Source: Myxococcales bacterium (GTDB lineage: Bacteria; Myxococcota_A; Bradymonadia; UBA7976; UBA1532). From it: DNA of 64,000 nucleotides. The notes beneath the pieces are model-generated. The model was not told where the DNA came from and did not search any database. It saw only the letters and a program-made list of their open reading frames with translations. The position numbers were made by a program, and so were the translations under genes. Below are positions 38,171 through 46,960 of this stretch, one piece after another. The stretch lies in assembly GCA_002731825.1 (NCBI GenBank), contig PCCS01000017.1:52434-116433 (forward strand), read 5' to 3'. Each line of letters begins with the position of its first letter. Positions within the stretch are counted from its first letter, which is position 1.

Positions 38171-39550
38171 CTAAATTTGTCGTCGATGTGCGAGAAAGTC
38201 GATGACATCGATCTGAGTGATCAAGCCTCGGACTTCACCGCGTTCCCATACCACAATGACTTTGCCCTGGCTGAAAACGTGATTAAATAGGCCAACGGGC
38301 GCATCTGGATCTGCAACTTCATACGTGTCGCTCGCAACCGTAGCGACAGGTGCATGCAGTGCTTCCATTCCGTCGTTTAACAAGGTTTGGAGCAAAGCGG
38401 ATTCATTGACGATGCCGACCAGGTGGCCGCGGTCGATAACAGGCACTTGGCTAATGCCTTCGGCTTTCATGAGTTCGATGACATCGACCACTTTAGCATC
38501 GCGGTCGACCGTCAAAACGCTCGGCGGCTTATTGGCCAGCAAATCGCGAATCGTACCCAGATTACCCTCCGGATCGAGGAATCCATTTTCGCGCATCCAC
38601 TCATCGTCAAAAATCTTGTTTAAGTATCGGCTTGCACTGTCCGGGAGTAGGACGACGATATTGGCCTCACGGTCAATTTTCTCTGCATAACGAATCGCCC
38701 CGAGTACAGCGGCGCCACCAGACCCACCTGTATAAATGCCTTCCTGCCGGGCCAAAGCGCGTGTTGCGTCGAAACATTCTTTGTCAGTCAGCTGTATGAC
38801 ATCGTCAATGATGCTCAGGTTGATGGTGCTGGGAAAGAAATCCTCACCGATGCCTTCGACTTTATAGGAGTAGGCCTCAATCACCTCTCCGGTCTTCCAA
38901 AAATCGTAATAAATGGACCCTTCGCAATCGACACCAACCAGTTGGATATCGGCCTTTTGCTCCTTGAGGTAGCGCCCGGTTCCGGTGATGGTACCACCCG
39001 TTCCAAGGCCAGCGACAAACGCATCGATCTCGCCACCCGTTTGGGTCCATAATTCCGGCCCAGTACTGATATAATGCGCCTCTGTATTGTCGGCATTATG
39101 ATACTGGTTTGCGTAGAACGCGTTGGGCGTCTCGTCAGCGATCTTTCGGCTCACTGAATAATATGACCGCGGATCCTCCGGCTCAACATTGGTGGGCGTA
39201 ATCACCACCTTAGCCCCGGCTGCGCGCAGCGCTTTGACCTTTTCCATCGATTGCTTGTCCGGCATAACGAACACGCATTTGTAGCCTCGTAAGGCCGAGA
39301 TCATGGCCAACCCCATACCTGTGTTGCCACTGGTCGCTTCAACGATGGTCCCGCCAGGCTTTAATTCCCCGCGCTTTTCCGCTTCGTTAATAATGTTTAA
39401 AGCAATGCGGTCCTTGACCGATCCGCCCGGATTTAAGTAACCCAGCTTGCAATAAATGTTGGCTTTTAGCCCGGCCGCTAAACGGTTGAGCCGAACGAGC
39501 GGAGTCTGCCCAATCGCCTCGGACACATCGGCCACTGCACCCTTCATCAT
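38171..39550 (-). CDS. Cystathionine beta-synthase with C-terminal CBS-domain pair
   Basis: NPGGSVKDR, EATSGNTG, GTGGTITG, VEGIGEDF and RYLNKIFDDEWM, followed by CBS domains. Confidence 0.92.
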   Translation of the reverse strand: MMKGAVADVSEAIGQTPLVRLNRLAAGLKANIYCKLGYLNPGGSVKDRIALNIINEAEKRGELKPGGTIVEATSGNTGMGLAMISALRGYKCVFVMPDKQSMEKVKALRAAGAKVVITPTNVEPEDPRSYYSVSRKIADETPNAFYANQYHNADNTEAHYISTGPELWTQTGGEIDAFVAGLGTGGTITGTGRYLKEQKADIQLVGVDCEGSIYYDFWKTGEVIEAYSYKVEGIGEDFFPSTINLSIIDDVIQLTDKECFDATRALARQEGIYTGGSGGAAVLGAIRYAEKIDREANIVVLLPDSASRYLNKIFDDEWMRENGFLDPEGNLGTIRDLLANKPPSVLTVDRDAKVVDVIELMKAEGISQVPVIDRGHLVGIVNESALLQTLLNDGMEALHAPVATVASDTYEVADPDAPVGLFNHVFSQGKVIVVWERGEVRGLITQIDVIDFLAHRRQI

Positions 39551-39697
39551 ATCGCCATCTCCATTCCGTAGTCTATGCCCCAAGACGGTTGTCCGTTATT
39601 CACACAGGTCTTGTCAATATGCCGACTCAGTAAGCGGCATCAAGTTGCTCGAATATTTATCATTTTATTGTTCTGTAAGCGGTTTCTCAGAAAAAAC

Positions 39698-39713
39698 AGC
39701 GATTTTCTTGCCA
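39698..39713 (-). promoter_or_regulatory. Possible sigma54 (-24/-12) promoter for the cystathionine genes
   Basis: Minus strand TGGCAAGAAAATCGCT fits GG-N10-GC, about 150 nt upstream of the start. Confidence 0.35.
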
Positions 39714-39758
39714 AAAGTAACACTCTATCCTACATGTAAGAAAACGTAGGAGGTAACC

Positions 39759-40073
39759 ATGACTCAGTTCAATGGTCGAGAGCGCCGTCGCCACAGACTT
39801 TTCGTCACCCAGAACACCGAATATCATCTCCGTGAGCAATTGTGCGTCGGTGTCCGTGATCTCTGGAGTGGTCGATGGAGAGACGACCATCCGGCTGTCG
39901 GACGTCGCCTATTCGGTGCAGTCGTGCCCGGACCCGATGGCCTGGAACCCATCAATGAACCGTCGGTGAACTGCCTGCTCTGGTTTGAAAACGGCGAAAA
40001 TGACATTTTGACGAGTCGATTAACAGCCATCACCCGGCCTCCGAAAAACGTCCTGGTCCGCTACGCCGCATAA
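39759..40073 (+). CDS. Small hypothetical protein
   Basis: Strong RBS AGGAGG, 104 aa, fills the intergenic space. N-terminus ERRRHRLFVTQNTEYH. Confidence 0.75.
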   Translation: MTQFNGRERRRHRLFVTQNTEYHLREQLCVGVRDLWSGRWRDDHPAVGRRLFGAVVPGPDGLEPINEPSVNCLLWFENGENDILTSRLTAITRPPKNVLVRYAA

Positions 40074-40176
40074 TCCCCCCTTTTTTGTGTCATAAATCAG
40101 CGCTCTGAGACACACACCTCGGGCCCCGAACGCGTCTACAAACTCGACACCGGGTGACGCAATGAAATCACTAGAC

Positions 40177-40205
40177 TAGACACGGGCCGCGCACATCGTT
40201 ATACC
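40177..40205 (+). promoter_or_regulatory. Putative sigma70 promoter
   Basis: TAGACA-N17-TATACC, 31 nt upstream of the ATG at 40237. Confidence 0.45.
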
Positions 40206-40236
40206 TGCTCGTTCCAGAAAACAGGGAGATACCGTA

Positions 40237-41250
40237 ATGGGATTGTTCGGAAGCGGACATTTGCGACGTCAGATCACGGCCATGGGTGAGGAGTTAGCCT
40301 CGCTTCAGCAAGAGATCGCGACGGTGCGCACAGAGAATGGCGAGATTAAAAAACAGCTCTCGGATCGAGAGTCGGCGACACGAGACGTACGGGATGCGAA
40401 GAAAAAGGTCGATCAGAAGCTTGAGAAAGTGACATCGGCTCGGCATGCCGCAGAGAGCAAGTTAAAAAACCAGGATTCAGAGCTCAAGAAACTTCGAGAC
40501 GAGGTCCAGCAATACCGAGCTGATCTGAGACAGACTCGGGAGGAACTCGACAAGGCTTATGGATCAAAGCGGACAACCACAGCTGTCGTAGCTGAGGTAC
40601 GTGAACCGACACCTGTCGACGCTGAAGAGACCGAGGCGCGGACTGAAGCTCAGCCGGCGCCTGTTGAAGTCGACCCGCATAGAGTTGACCGACGCATCGA
40701 AAGGCTCCAAGAACAACTCAACCGAGAGCGCGACAAATTCAACGAGATTAGAGAGCGGGTTGCTGGTGCAGAAAAATCAACCCGTGATGCCGACAAACGG
40801 CGGATCAGTGAACTGAACAAGGCCGAGGCCGTCGTGCGAGACCTACAGCATGCTATCCGAAGCGAGCGCAGAGCATACAAAGTATTACAGCTTCAATACG
40901 AAACACTGATGGATGCGGCCAAGGCTCAAGGCTTGACACGACCGGAAAACAGTCCAATCCCTGAGACTGCTGTCTCCGAGGCGCCTCAAGAGGTCGCCGC
41001 AGTGGTCAACGACGATAAACCTGATGCCGAACCACCGGTACAGCCTGATGAGGCTGTCAAAGACGTTGCGTCTGATGCTGCGCCCGAGGACGCGCCGGTG
41101 GCCGATACTGCGACTGAAGATGCGCCGGCGGTCGACGCTGCACCTGAGGATGCTGCGTCTGAAGATGCGCCTGCTGTCGACGCTGCTCCTGAAGATGCTG
41201 CGGCTGCCGACAAAGTCAAACCCCAGGAATCTGAGGCATCTGCCGAGTAA
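40237..41250 (+). CDS. Coiled-coil protein with acidic low-complexity tail
   Basis: Two E/K/R/L/Q heptad-rich segments and a D/A/P/E tail. RBS GGGAG. Confidence 0.8.
   Translation: MGLFGSGHLRRQITAMGEELASLQQEIATVRTENGEIKKQLSDRESATRDVRDAKKKVDQKLEKVTSARHAAESKLKNQDSELKKLRDEVQQYRADLRQTREELDKAYGSKRTTTAVVAEVREPTPVDAEETEARTEAQPAPVEVDPHRVDRRIERLQEQLNRERDKFNEIRERVAGAEKSTRDADKRRISELNKAEAVVRDLQHAIRSERRAYKVLQLQYETLMDAAKAQGLTRPENSPIPETAVSEAPQEVAAVVNDDKPDAEPPVQPDEAVKDVASDAAPEDAPVADTATEDAPAVDAAPEDAASEDAPAVDAAPEDAAAADKVKPQESEASAE
41074..41208 (+). repeat. Nine degenerate 15-nt coding tandem units (DAAPE/DAPAV pentapeptides)
   Basis: DAAPE DAPVA DTATE DAPAV DAAPE DAASE DAPAV DAAPE DAAAA. Confidence 0.8.
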
Positions 41251-41394
41251 ATGGCGTACACGCCAGCCCAAGTGAGACGGCCACTCGCGAGTGCCAAACT
41301 CACTGGGACCAGCCCATGGACAGACATGAGCTGATGGCGAGCCCTGGGGCTCAACCGCGGATGATTTGCCCCTCAACAGACAACACGTCGCTGT

Positions 41395-42414
41395 TCAGCA
41401 CTCTGGTTCTTCAGGGTGCTGAATGCGATATACAATGTCTCTTAACTGACGGATCTCGTCAGCCCAAAATGCGTCATTCAACACATGTGCAAAGGTGTTT
41501 TGGAAAGTGGGATCGTGCCATCGCATGGCGATCCAACCGGAATATCTAATGATGCGCAATGCGCGTAGGGGTTCAACTAATTGCAACCAATAATCACTGA
41601 AATCAAGGACATCCCGATAGCCATCGAGTATTTTTGAGCGCCGGAGCCGACCGGTTGCATCACTGGACGGAGCCAACATCCATATATCCTGGACAGCCGG
41701 TCCATGAACCATGTCATCAAAATCAAAATAAACAGGGGTTTTATCGTCCCAAACCAAGTTGGAATGATGGCAGTCACCGTGAATTCTATGGGTTGGCACT
41801 CCGTCAAGACCAGCGGCGACGTACTCAAAAATGGTCTGAGCAATGTCACTGTACGCCGCGTCCATCGGGAGCGGCAGTAGACCGGATGCAACAATCGCCT
41901 CCAGGGCAGGCTGTCCCCAAGCCTCTACGCTCAGGGTCTGCCGGTGATCAGCGTCTCGGCGGGCACCAACCGTATGAATCGCAGCAATACTCCGGCCAAG
42001 CTCTACAAGCTTTTGCGAATTTGGTTCGTCGTCCAGCCGGCCGGCAACTTTTTCAAATAAAGCGTAATTAATTCCAGCCGCCTCACCGTCGAGTGTCTCC
42101 AAAGAATAGCCACCGTCGAGGACCAAAGGTTTGGACACCGAAATGCCGTCATCAGCGAGTTCAAAAAGAAAGTCATGCTCGTCTTCGATGGTATCGACCG
42201 ACCATCGCCCGGGCCGATAAAACTTCGCGATGACCGCCGGGCCATCCTCAACATCGACCTGATAAACTCGATTTTCGTAGCTATTCAGAGCCAAAAGCCG
42301 ACCGGTGCAGGCAAAGCCTGCTGATTCAACAGCAGAGATCACTTGATGGGGTCCGAGGCATTGAAACTTCTTTGCCAGTGGGTGGTCGGCAAGTGTGCTG
42401 CGCTGTTCTGACAT
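41395..42414 (-). CDS. srkA: SrkA/RdoA (YihE) stress-response kinase
   Basis: LNSYENRVY, KFYRPGRWS, IHGDCH, DFDDMVHGPAVQDIWML and RWHDPTF motifs. Confidence 0.9.
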   Translation of the reverse strand: MSEQRSTLADHPLAKKFQCLGPHQVISAVESAGFACTGRLLALNSYENRVYQVDVEDGPAVIAKFYRPGRWSVDTIEDEHDFLFELADDGISVSKPLVLDGGYSLETLDGEAAGINYALFEKVAGRLDDEPNSQKLVELGRSIAAIHTVGARRDADHRQTLSVEAWGQPALEAIVASGLLPLPMDAAYSDIAQTIFEYVAAGLDGVPTHRIHGDCHHSNLVWDDKTPVYFDFDDMVHGPAVQDIWMLAPSSDATGRLRRSKILDGYRDVLDFSDYWLQLVEPLRALRIIRYSGWIAMRWHDPTFQNTFAHVLNDAFWADEIRQLRDIVYRIQHPEEPEC

Positions 42415-42474
42415 CCGGTCCCCTAAGCGTCTATGGTCTGAGATCTGCGACGCAAGATATGATTTCCTGGTCGC

Positions 42475-42828
42475 TCATTTCGCCAAAAGGTCCTGCGCGG
42501 TCGGCAAGTCATTTCCGATCACATAATCACCATCGACGATCAGAATTGGCCGTTTGAGTAAATTGTTCGCCTCAGCTATCAGTGCGACCGCGTCTGCTTT
42601 GCTCGGCGGGTTGGCCGATAGTTTTCGGTCTCGGTAGACAACGTTCCGAGTATTCAGGAAGGGTTTGACCGGACGCGAACCGATAAGTGCGTCAATCTCG
42701 CTTGCCTCGAGGGGATCGGCATTGATTTCTCGACTGATGTATTCGACGCCCCATGCGTCCAACTGTTTCTTATAGCGACGGCATGTGTCGCATGACTTCT
42801 TCCATATAAACCGAATAGGCGCTGTCAT
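42475..42828 (-). CDS. ArsC/Spx-family thioredoxin-fold protein
   Basis: SCDTCRR, LNTR and LLKRPIL motifs. Confidence 0.85.
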   Translation of the reverse strand: MTAPIRFIWKKSCDTCRRYKKQLDAWGVEYISREINADPLEASEIDALIGSRPVKPFLNTRNVVYRDRKLSANPPSKADAVALIAEANNLLKRPILIVDGDYVIGNDLPTAQDLLAK

Positions 42829-42845
42829 TGTCTTTGCCTCCCTGC

Positions 42846-43373
42846 CTATGCGTTGGCTTCAAGATAAGCCGTCAGGGCCTTTGATGTTTTTTCGAAATTG
42901 GGAGCGACAAGTTTCGAGACAAACTTCTCGATTCCCGCTGTCGCTTTTCCCAGTAATAATCTTGGAACCAGACCCTTTAGGTCGAGTTCGAGTTCGCCGT
43001 GTATCCGCATCTCAGTCCGCTCAGTGTCAATTGTGTGATACGACGTCACACCAGTGCATGAAATTCGATCGGCCATAAAACCCATTTCAAGACGCCATGA
43101 GCAAGCGAGTTCATCTGCATTCCATTTAGCGTGGTCGATCCAATAAACACTGGCGGGATCGACGAAGGGTCGAGCGACAGCTGGAATTTCCGTTGCTGCT
43201 GCGTTCCATCGATTGACCAAGTGAACCAGCCCTCCGTCCAGCTCCTCGCGTAAAGTCACATCTATAGACTTCACATTGGGCATATATTGAGCCAGCTCGG
43301 GCATGTGGTCGCGCATAGCAAGAAACACATCTTGTATGGGAAATGGGATTTCACTGACAACGCTGATGTCCAT
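42846..43373 (-). CDS. SRPBCC/START-like hypothetical protein
   Basis: 175 aa with a helix-grip-like pattern (V...P...VF..MRD...YMPNV) and a C-terminal amphipathic helix. RBS GGAG. Confidence 0.6.
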   Translation of the reverse strand: MDISVVSEIPFPIQDVFLAMRDHMPELAQYMPNVKSIDVTLREELDGGLVHLVNRWNAAATEIPAVARPFVDPASVYWIDHAKWNADELACSWRLEMGFMADRISCTGVTSYHTIDTERTEMRIHGELELDLKGLVPRLLLGKATAGIEKFVSKLVAPNFEKTSKALTAYLEANA

Positions 43374-43619
43374 TATTCACTCCGCTCGATTGTCTGTTAA
43401 AGGCGATACACGCCCATCTACTCAGGCCAGTCTGTATCTCGGATAGCGAGCGAAAGTCCAGACCAGTTGTCCATATTTAACCTGTGATGCGCATCAAAAA
43501 GCATGCTCGTTTAGCAGGCCGGTGTCTTAGGCCATCTACACAATGAGACCCAAGTCAGCTATGAATCGTGCGCGATCATGACCACCGTTTAAAGTCTGAA
43601 TCAGCGACTCGATCTGCTT

Positions 43620-46600
43620 CTATTCATCCCAATCAACATCCGGGTCGATACCCAAACGACCTAAATGAACCCGAATTTTGCGATTGGACAAAAGAACGGC
43701 GATGACAAGACTGAGACCACCCATCACCTGCAGGCCGGCAGGTAAAACATCGGGTGGCAGCGGCTTCAGATAGGGAAAGCTAATCAAGACAAAACCGGTT
43801 GTCAGATAGCCAAACAGTCCTAAAAGCCAGCCGCGTCGGCGTCCACCCAGGAGCCCAACACCACCAAAACACAAGATGAGTCCGGCAATGGATGGCGCGA
43901 GTCCGAGCCTGAAACCCAGGATGGCCAATGCTAAGCCTGCCACAAAAGCAACCACCCCTCCCAGGGTCAGAATGCTGCGAACTCCACCCGATGCAGGGAC
44001 AGACAAATGCGCTCGAAATCCCTCGCTGAGTTCCGAGTCATGACCACTTCCGGTCCCGGCTTGAACCGAAAACTGTTCCATGGAATCCTCCGAGCTTTGT
44101 GGATCCTGAACAGTTGATTCAGGCTGAGGCATACTCGGGATTGCGGTCAGTGGATTAAAGGGCTCACCGGCCGCGGGCTCAACGGGATCGTCCATGGATT
44201 CATCGTGCATTAAAGAATCGGGAAATTCATATGTCTGCATGAGTTCTTCGATCCTCGATAGACGGTCCAGCTCAGCTTGGTCGGCGTCGGGTCTAGATGC
44301 GCGCTGGTCACTTGGCCCTTCGCTCTCGGGCTTACCGATCAATTTTGCCAGTGCAAACCGGTATTTCTTGGAGACGGCCCCGATGAAACGGCGCGCTCGT
44401 TTTTCGCCCTCATGGGCTAAGATCTTTTCGGTTTGTGCAATAACAGAATCATATTCATCGAACACTGCCGGCGCGGAGAAACGGCCCCGTTTTGATGAGA
44501 GCGCACGAACTGCAGCCATTGCAAAATGTTCATGAGCCTCTGGTAAGCCACCACTCGACTTGATCCGTCGATACGCTTGGTCGCAGAGTGCGACGAGCTG
44601 TTCACGGGCAGTGACAGGCTTCAAATGCCCAACCGCTGAAATGGCTAAAATAAGGCCGTTCCCGTCTCGACCACCTGCTTCAAACTCATCGAGTTTAGCC
44701 TTGAAATACTGCGTCGCCACAATCCCGACAATCTGGTCTTTGACAAAGGCATTTAGCTCCGCCAACCCCTCTAGGCAACTGGGTGAGCCAGAGACACCAT
44801 CCATCCAAAGGGCAAAGTCAACGTCAGGCGTAAGACGGGCCACTGGAGCTGCAATCTCTGCATCTTGAATGGACTGCAAGGTTCTTAAATCTCTATGGGT
44901 TGGTACCGGAAACAACGGGTCTGCCCGACCAAGAGCCATCGCCTCGGGCTTGATCGCTGCTGGCGCAGATGTCCAAACGTCATCTTCTTTGTCTGCCATC
45001 CCTGCCGTCCATTCCGATCTGTGTGTAGCTGACTCATCCTGACGAGGGCCAGCCTTGGTCCTCGCCGTGTGCCCATGGTCGGGGTCGGTACTGACCATAG
45101 CATTCATCTCAGAAAAGTGGTCTTTCTTGTGAGCCGAATCCTCAAATGCCGGGTCTTGGACGCGCTCATCTGCGTCCGAAGTGCGGTTATCATTCGCGAT
45201 GGACAATTCTGAGAAACGTGCGGCGCCCGCCTTGTCCACGATGGTTTTTATTTTGTCGACAAATGGCGGCCGGGATGTGTCTTGGCCAGTTACACCATCG
45301 TGGCCATCGCCATGTGCCGTTGCAATGTCAGCTGCAAGCCGATTTGTCTCATGTCTATACGCCTCATCGTTCTCCCCTTCAAAAGGCTCATCCACCGTCG
45401 CTTCAGACTGAGCGTTTAACGATTGGGTCGACCCCAGTGATTGATCTGGGGGACCCAGCAGAGCAAGTCTGGCCTGGGACAAGCGCTCCGCAGTGGTTCG
45501 ATTGGGTGTGAAAACAGACTCAAATCCATCTTGAATGTCCGTTTGGTCACTTGATTTAGCAAATAACTCATCCCCTTCATTGGACGTTTCAAAACGCCCC
45601 AGAGATTGGGCGTGAACACCGTCATTTAGGGATGATTGGCCCCCCTTATTCTCCGTAGCATCAAGACTGATTGCAGTCCCAATTTCATCGACGAGCAGCA
45701 AAGGCTCAAGGCGACTGTAGCTCGATTCTGACAAAATCTGTTCGGAGACAAAGCCAAGGAGCCTGATTTCGGCATCGGTCTGAAATCGGAGTAAAATGGA
45801 ATGAGACCCCGCCAAGAGGTCGATATTACGGTATTCCATCCCTTTTTGAGTTCGAACCAAGTAGATCCAGGAATCAGCAGAGTCATCGCTGATGATATCG
45901 AGCAAACGCTCGCGCGAATCCAGTTCACAGACCAGATTCGCCGTATGTTCAGTCACTTGATAAAGTCCGTTTTGGGTACCAAAGAGCAGCGCGTTTTCTG
46001 TTCCATTTCGAGAACAAATGACCGACCCGCCCGGGGCACCATGAATGGGCGCCGCCGTCCGAGAGGGCACGTCAAGTCGCAGTAATTGTCTTCCGTCCGA
46101 TGCAGACGACCCCATTAACCAAACCTGCGTCCCACTCAAATCTGTGACAGGCCGTTGGTCAGTATCAAAGCGATATGGGGTCTCGATGAGTTCGAATCGT
46201 CCTGCCTGTTTCGAGCGGGGTGCGACCGAGTCTGCGGCTCCGGTTCGACCCGGAATAATCAGTCCAAGCTGAGAGGCGTTATTGGCATGCTCAAGCTGGA
46301 CGAGCAGGCGCGTGTCACTGCCTAGAAACACAGGTGCATGATACCGCTGAGATTCAAGCGCCTGATTGCCAATGCGTAGATTGATACGAAACGCATCGTC
46401 AGTGTCTTCAATATCGTAGACGTAGAGCGAACTCTGAGCGTTCGTGTCCATAAGACAGACGGCGAGAGATTGCCCACTTTGACTGACGGCCATGTCGGTG
46501 ATTTGCCCGTCGAGCCCATCGGGTTCGATGAGGCTCTGAGTCTGCCCATCAGTCATCCGGATCCGTCTCAGCTCAAACCGCTTTTGCGGACCGGTCAGAT

Positions 46601-46739
46601 ATGCGTAAGCCCGGCTGCAATCGAGAGTGAACTCGGGCTCATCGTGCTGAAGATCGGCGATAAACGTCCGCTGCCCAGAGTGAAGATTGAGACCTGTTAA
46701 GCGCGATCTGCCGTCCTGCGACTCTGCAACAATGAGCAC
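43620..46739 (-). CDS. Large hypothetical protein: propeller-like N-terminus, acidic linkers, four C-terminal TM helices
   Basis: 1039-aa ORF with beta-rich blades (MAVSQSGQSLAV, LYVYDI) and a hydrophobic C-terminus. Confidence 0.7.
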   Translation of the reverse strand: MLIVAESQDGRSRLTGLNLHSGQRTFIADLQHDEPEFTLDCSRAYAYLTGPQKRFELRRIRMTDGQTQSLIEPDGLDGQITDMAVSQSGQSLAVCLMDTNAQSSLYVYDIEDTDDAFRINLRIGNQALESQRYHAPVFLGSDTRLLVQLEHANNASQLGLIIPGRTGAADSVAPRSKQAGRFELIETPYRFDTDQRPVTDLSGTQVWLMGSSASDGRQLLRLDVPSRTAAPIHGAPGGSVICSRNGTENALLFGTQNGLYQVTEHTANLVCELDSRERLLDIISDDSADSWIYLVRTQKGMEYRNIDLLAGSHSILLRFQTDAEIRLLGFVSEQILSESSYSRLEPLLLVDEIGTAISLDATENKGGQSSLNDGVHAQSLGRFETSNEGDELFAKSSDQTDIQDGFESVFTPNRTTAERLSQARLALLGPPDQSLGSTQSLNAQSEATVDEPFEGENDEAYRHETNRLAADIATAHGDGHDGVTGQDTSRPPFVDKIKTIVDKAGAARFSELSIANDNRTSDADERVQDPAFEDSAHKKDHFSEMNAMVSTDPDHGHTARTKAGPRQDESATHRSEWTAGMADKEDDVWTSAPAAIKPEAMALGRADPLFPVPTHRDLRTLQSIQDAEIAAPVARLTPDVDFALWMDGVSGSPSCLEGLAELNAFVKDQIVGIVATQYFKAKLDEFEAGGRDGNGLILAISAVGHLKPVTAREQLVALCDQAYRRIKSSGGLPEAHEHFAMAAVRALSSKRGRFSAPAVFDEYDSVIAQTEKILAHEGEKRARRFIGAVSKKYRFALAKLIGKPESEGPSDQRASRPDADQAELDRLSRIEELMQTYEFPDSLMHDESMDDPVEPAAGEPFNPLTAIPSMPQPESTVQDPQSSEDSMEQFSVQAGTGSGHDSELSEGFRAHLSVPASGGVRSILTLGGVVAFVAGLALAILGFRLGLAPSIAGLILCFGGVGLLGGRRRGWLLGLFGYLTTGFVLISFPYLKPLPPDVLPAGLQVMGGLSLVIAVLLSNRKIRVHLGRLGIDPDVDWDE

Positions 46740-46960
46740 CGGTCCCCCTTCTCATACGGCACGCCGTCTTGCCTGTCCGTCCCTGCCCAAACAGTATGCG
46801 ATGCCGTCGCTTAGATCGCCATAGCATTTTTTGCTTAATCTGTACCCGAATCATCGGCAATGGCCCCGTCTATTTCACTAAAATTACAAAAACCTGTTTG
46901 GTCCAAACCGCCGTTTCGTGCGATCATCAAGGCAACATCGAGAACCTTAAGGGCTTGGCT

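Noticed and set aside
37354-38205. 283-aa plus-strand ORF
   Set aside because: Antisense shadow of the cystathionine gamma-lyase.
43374-43619. Intergenic gaps (also 41251-41394 and 40074-40236) inspected for tRNA, ncRNA or small ORFs
   Set aside because: No cloverleaf, known RNA motif or RBS-led ORF was recognisable by eye. A covariance-model search would be needed to exclude one.
46740-46755. Possible frameshift in a G5 run joining an upstream ATG (MRRG...) to the 1039-aa ORF
   Set aside because: The GTG at 46739 already has a purine-rich RBS, and there is no independent evidence for slippage.
46769-46960. Upstream extension of the repeat lipoprotein ORF
   Set aside because: It would bury the signal peptide, so the ATG at 46961 fits better. 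The track extensions of asnS, the acyl-CoA ligase and the aminotransferase were trimmed on RBS and overlap grounds.
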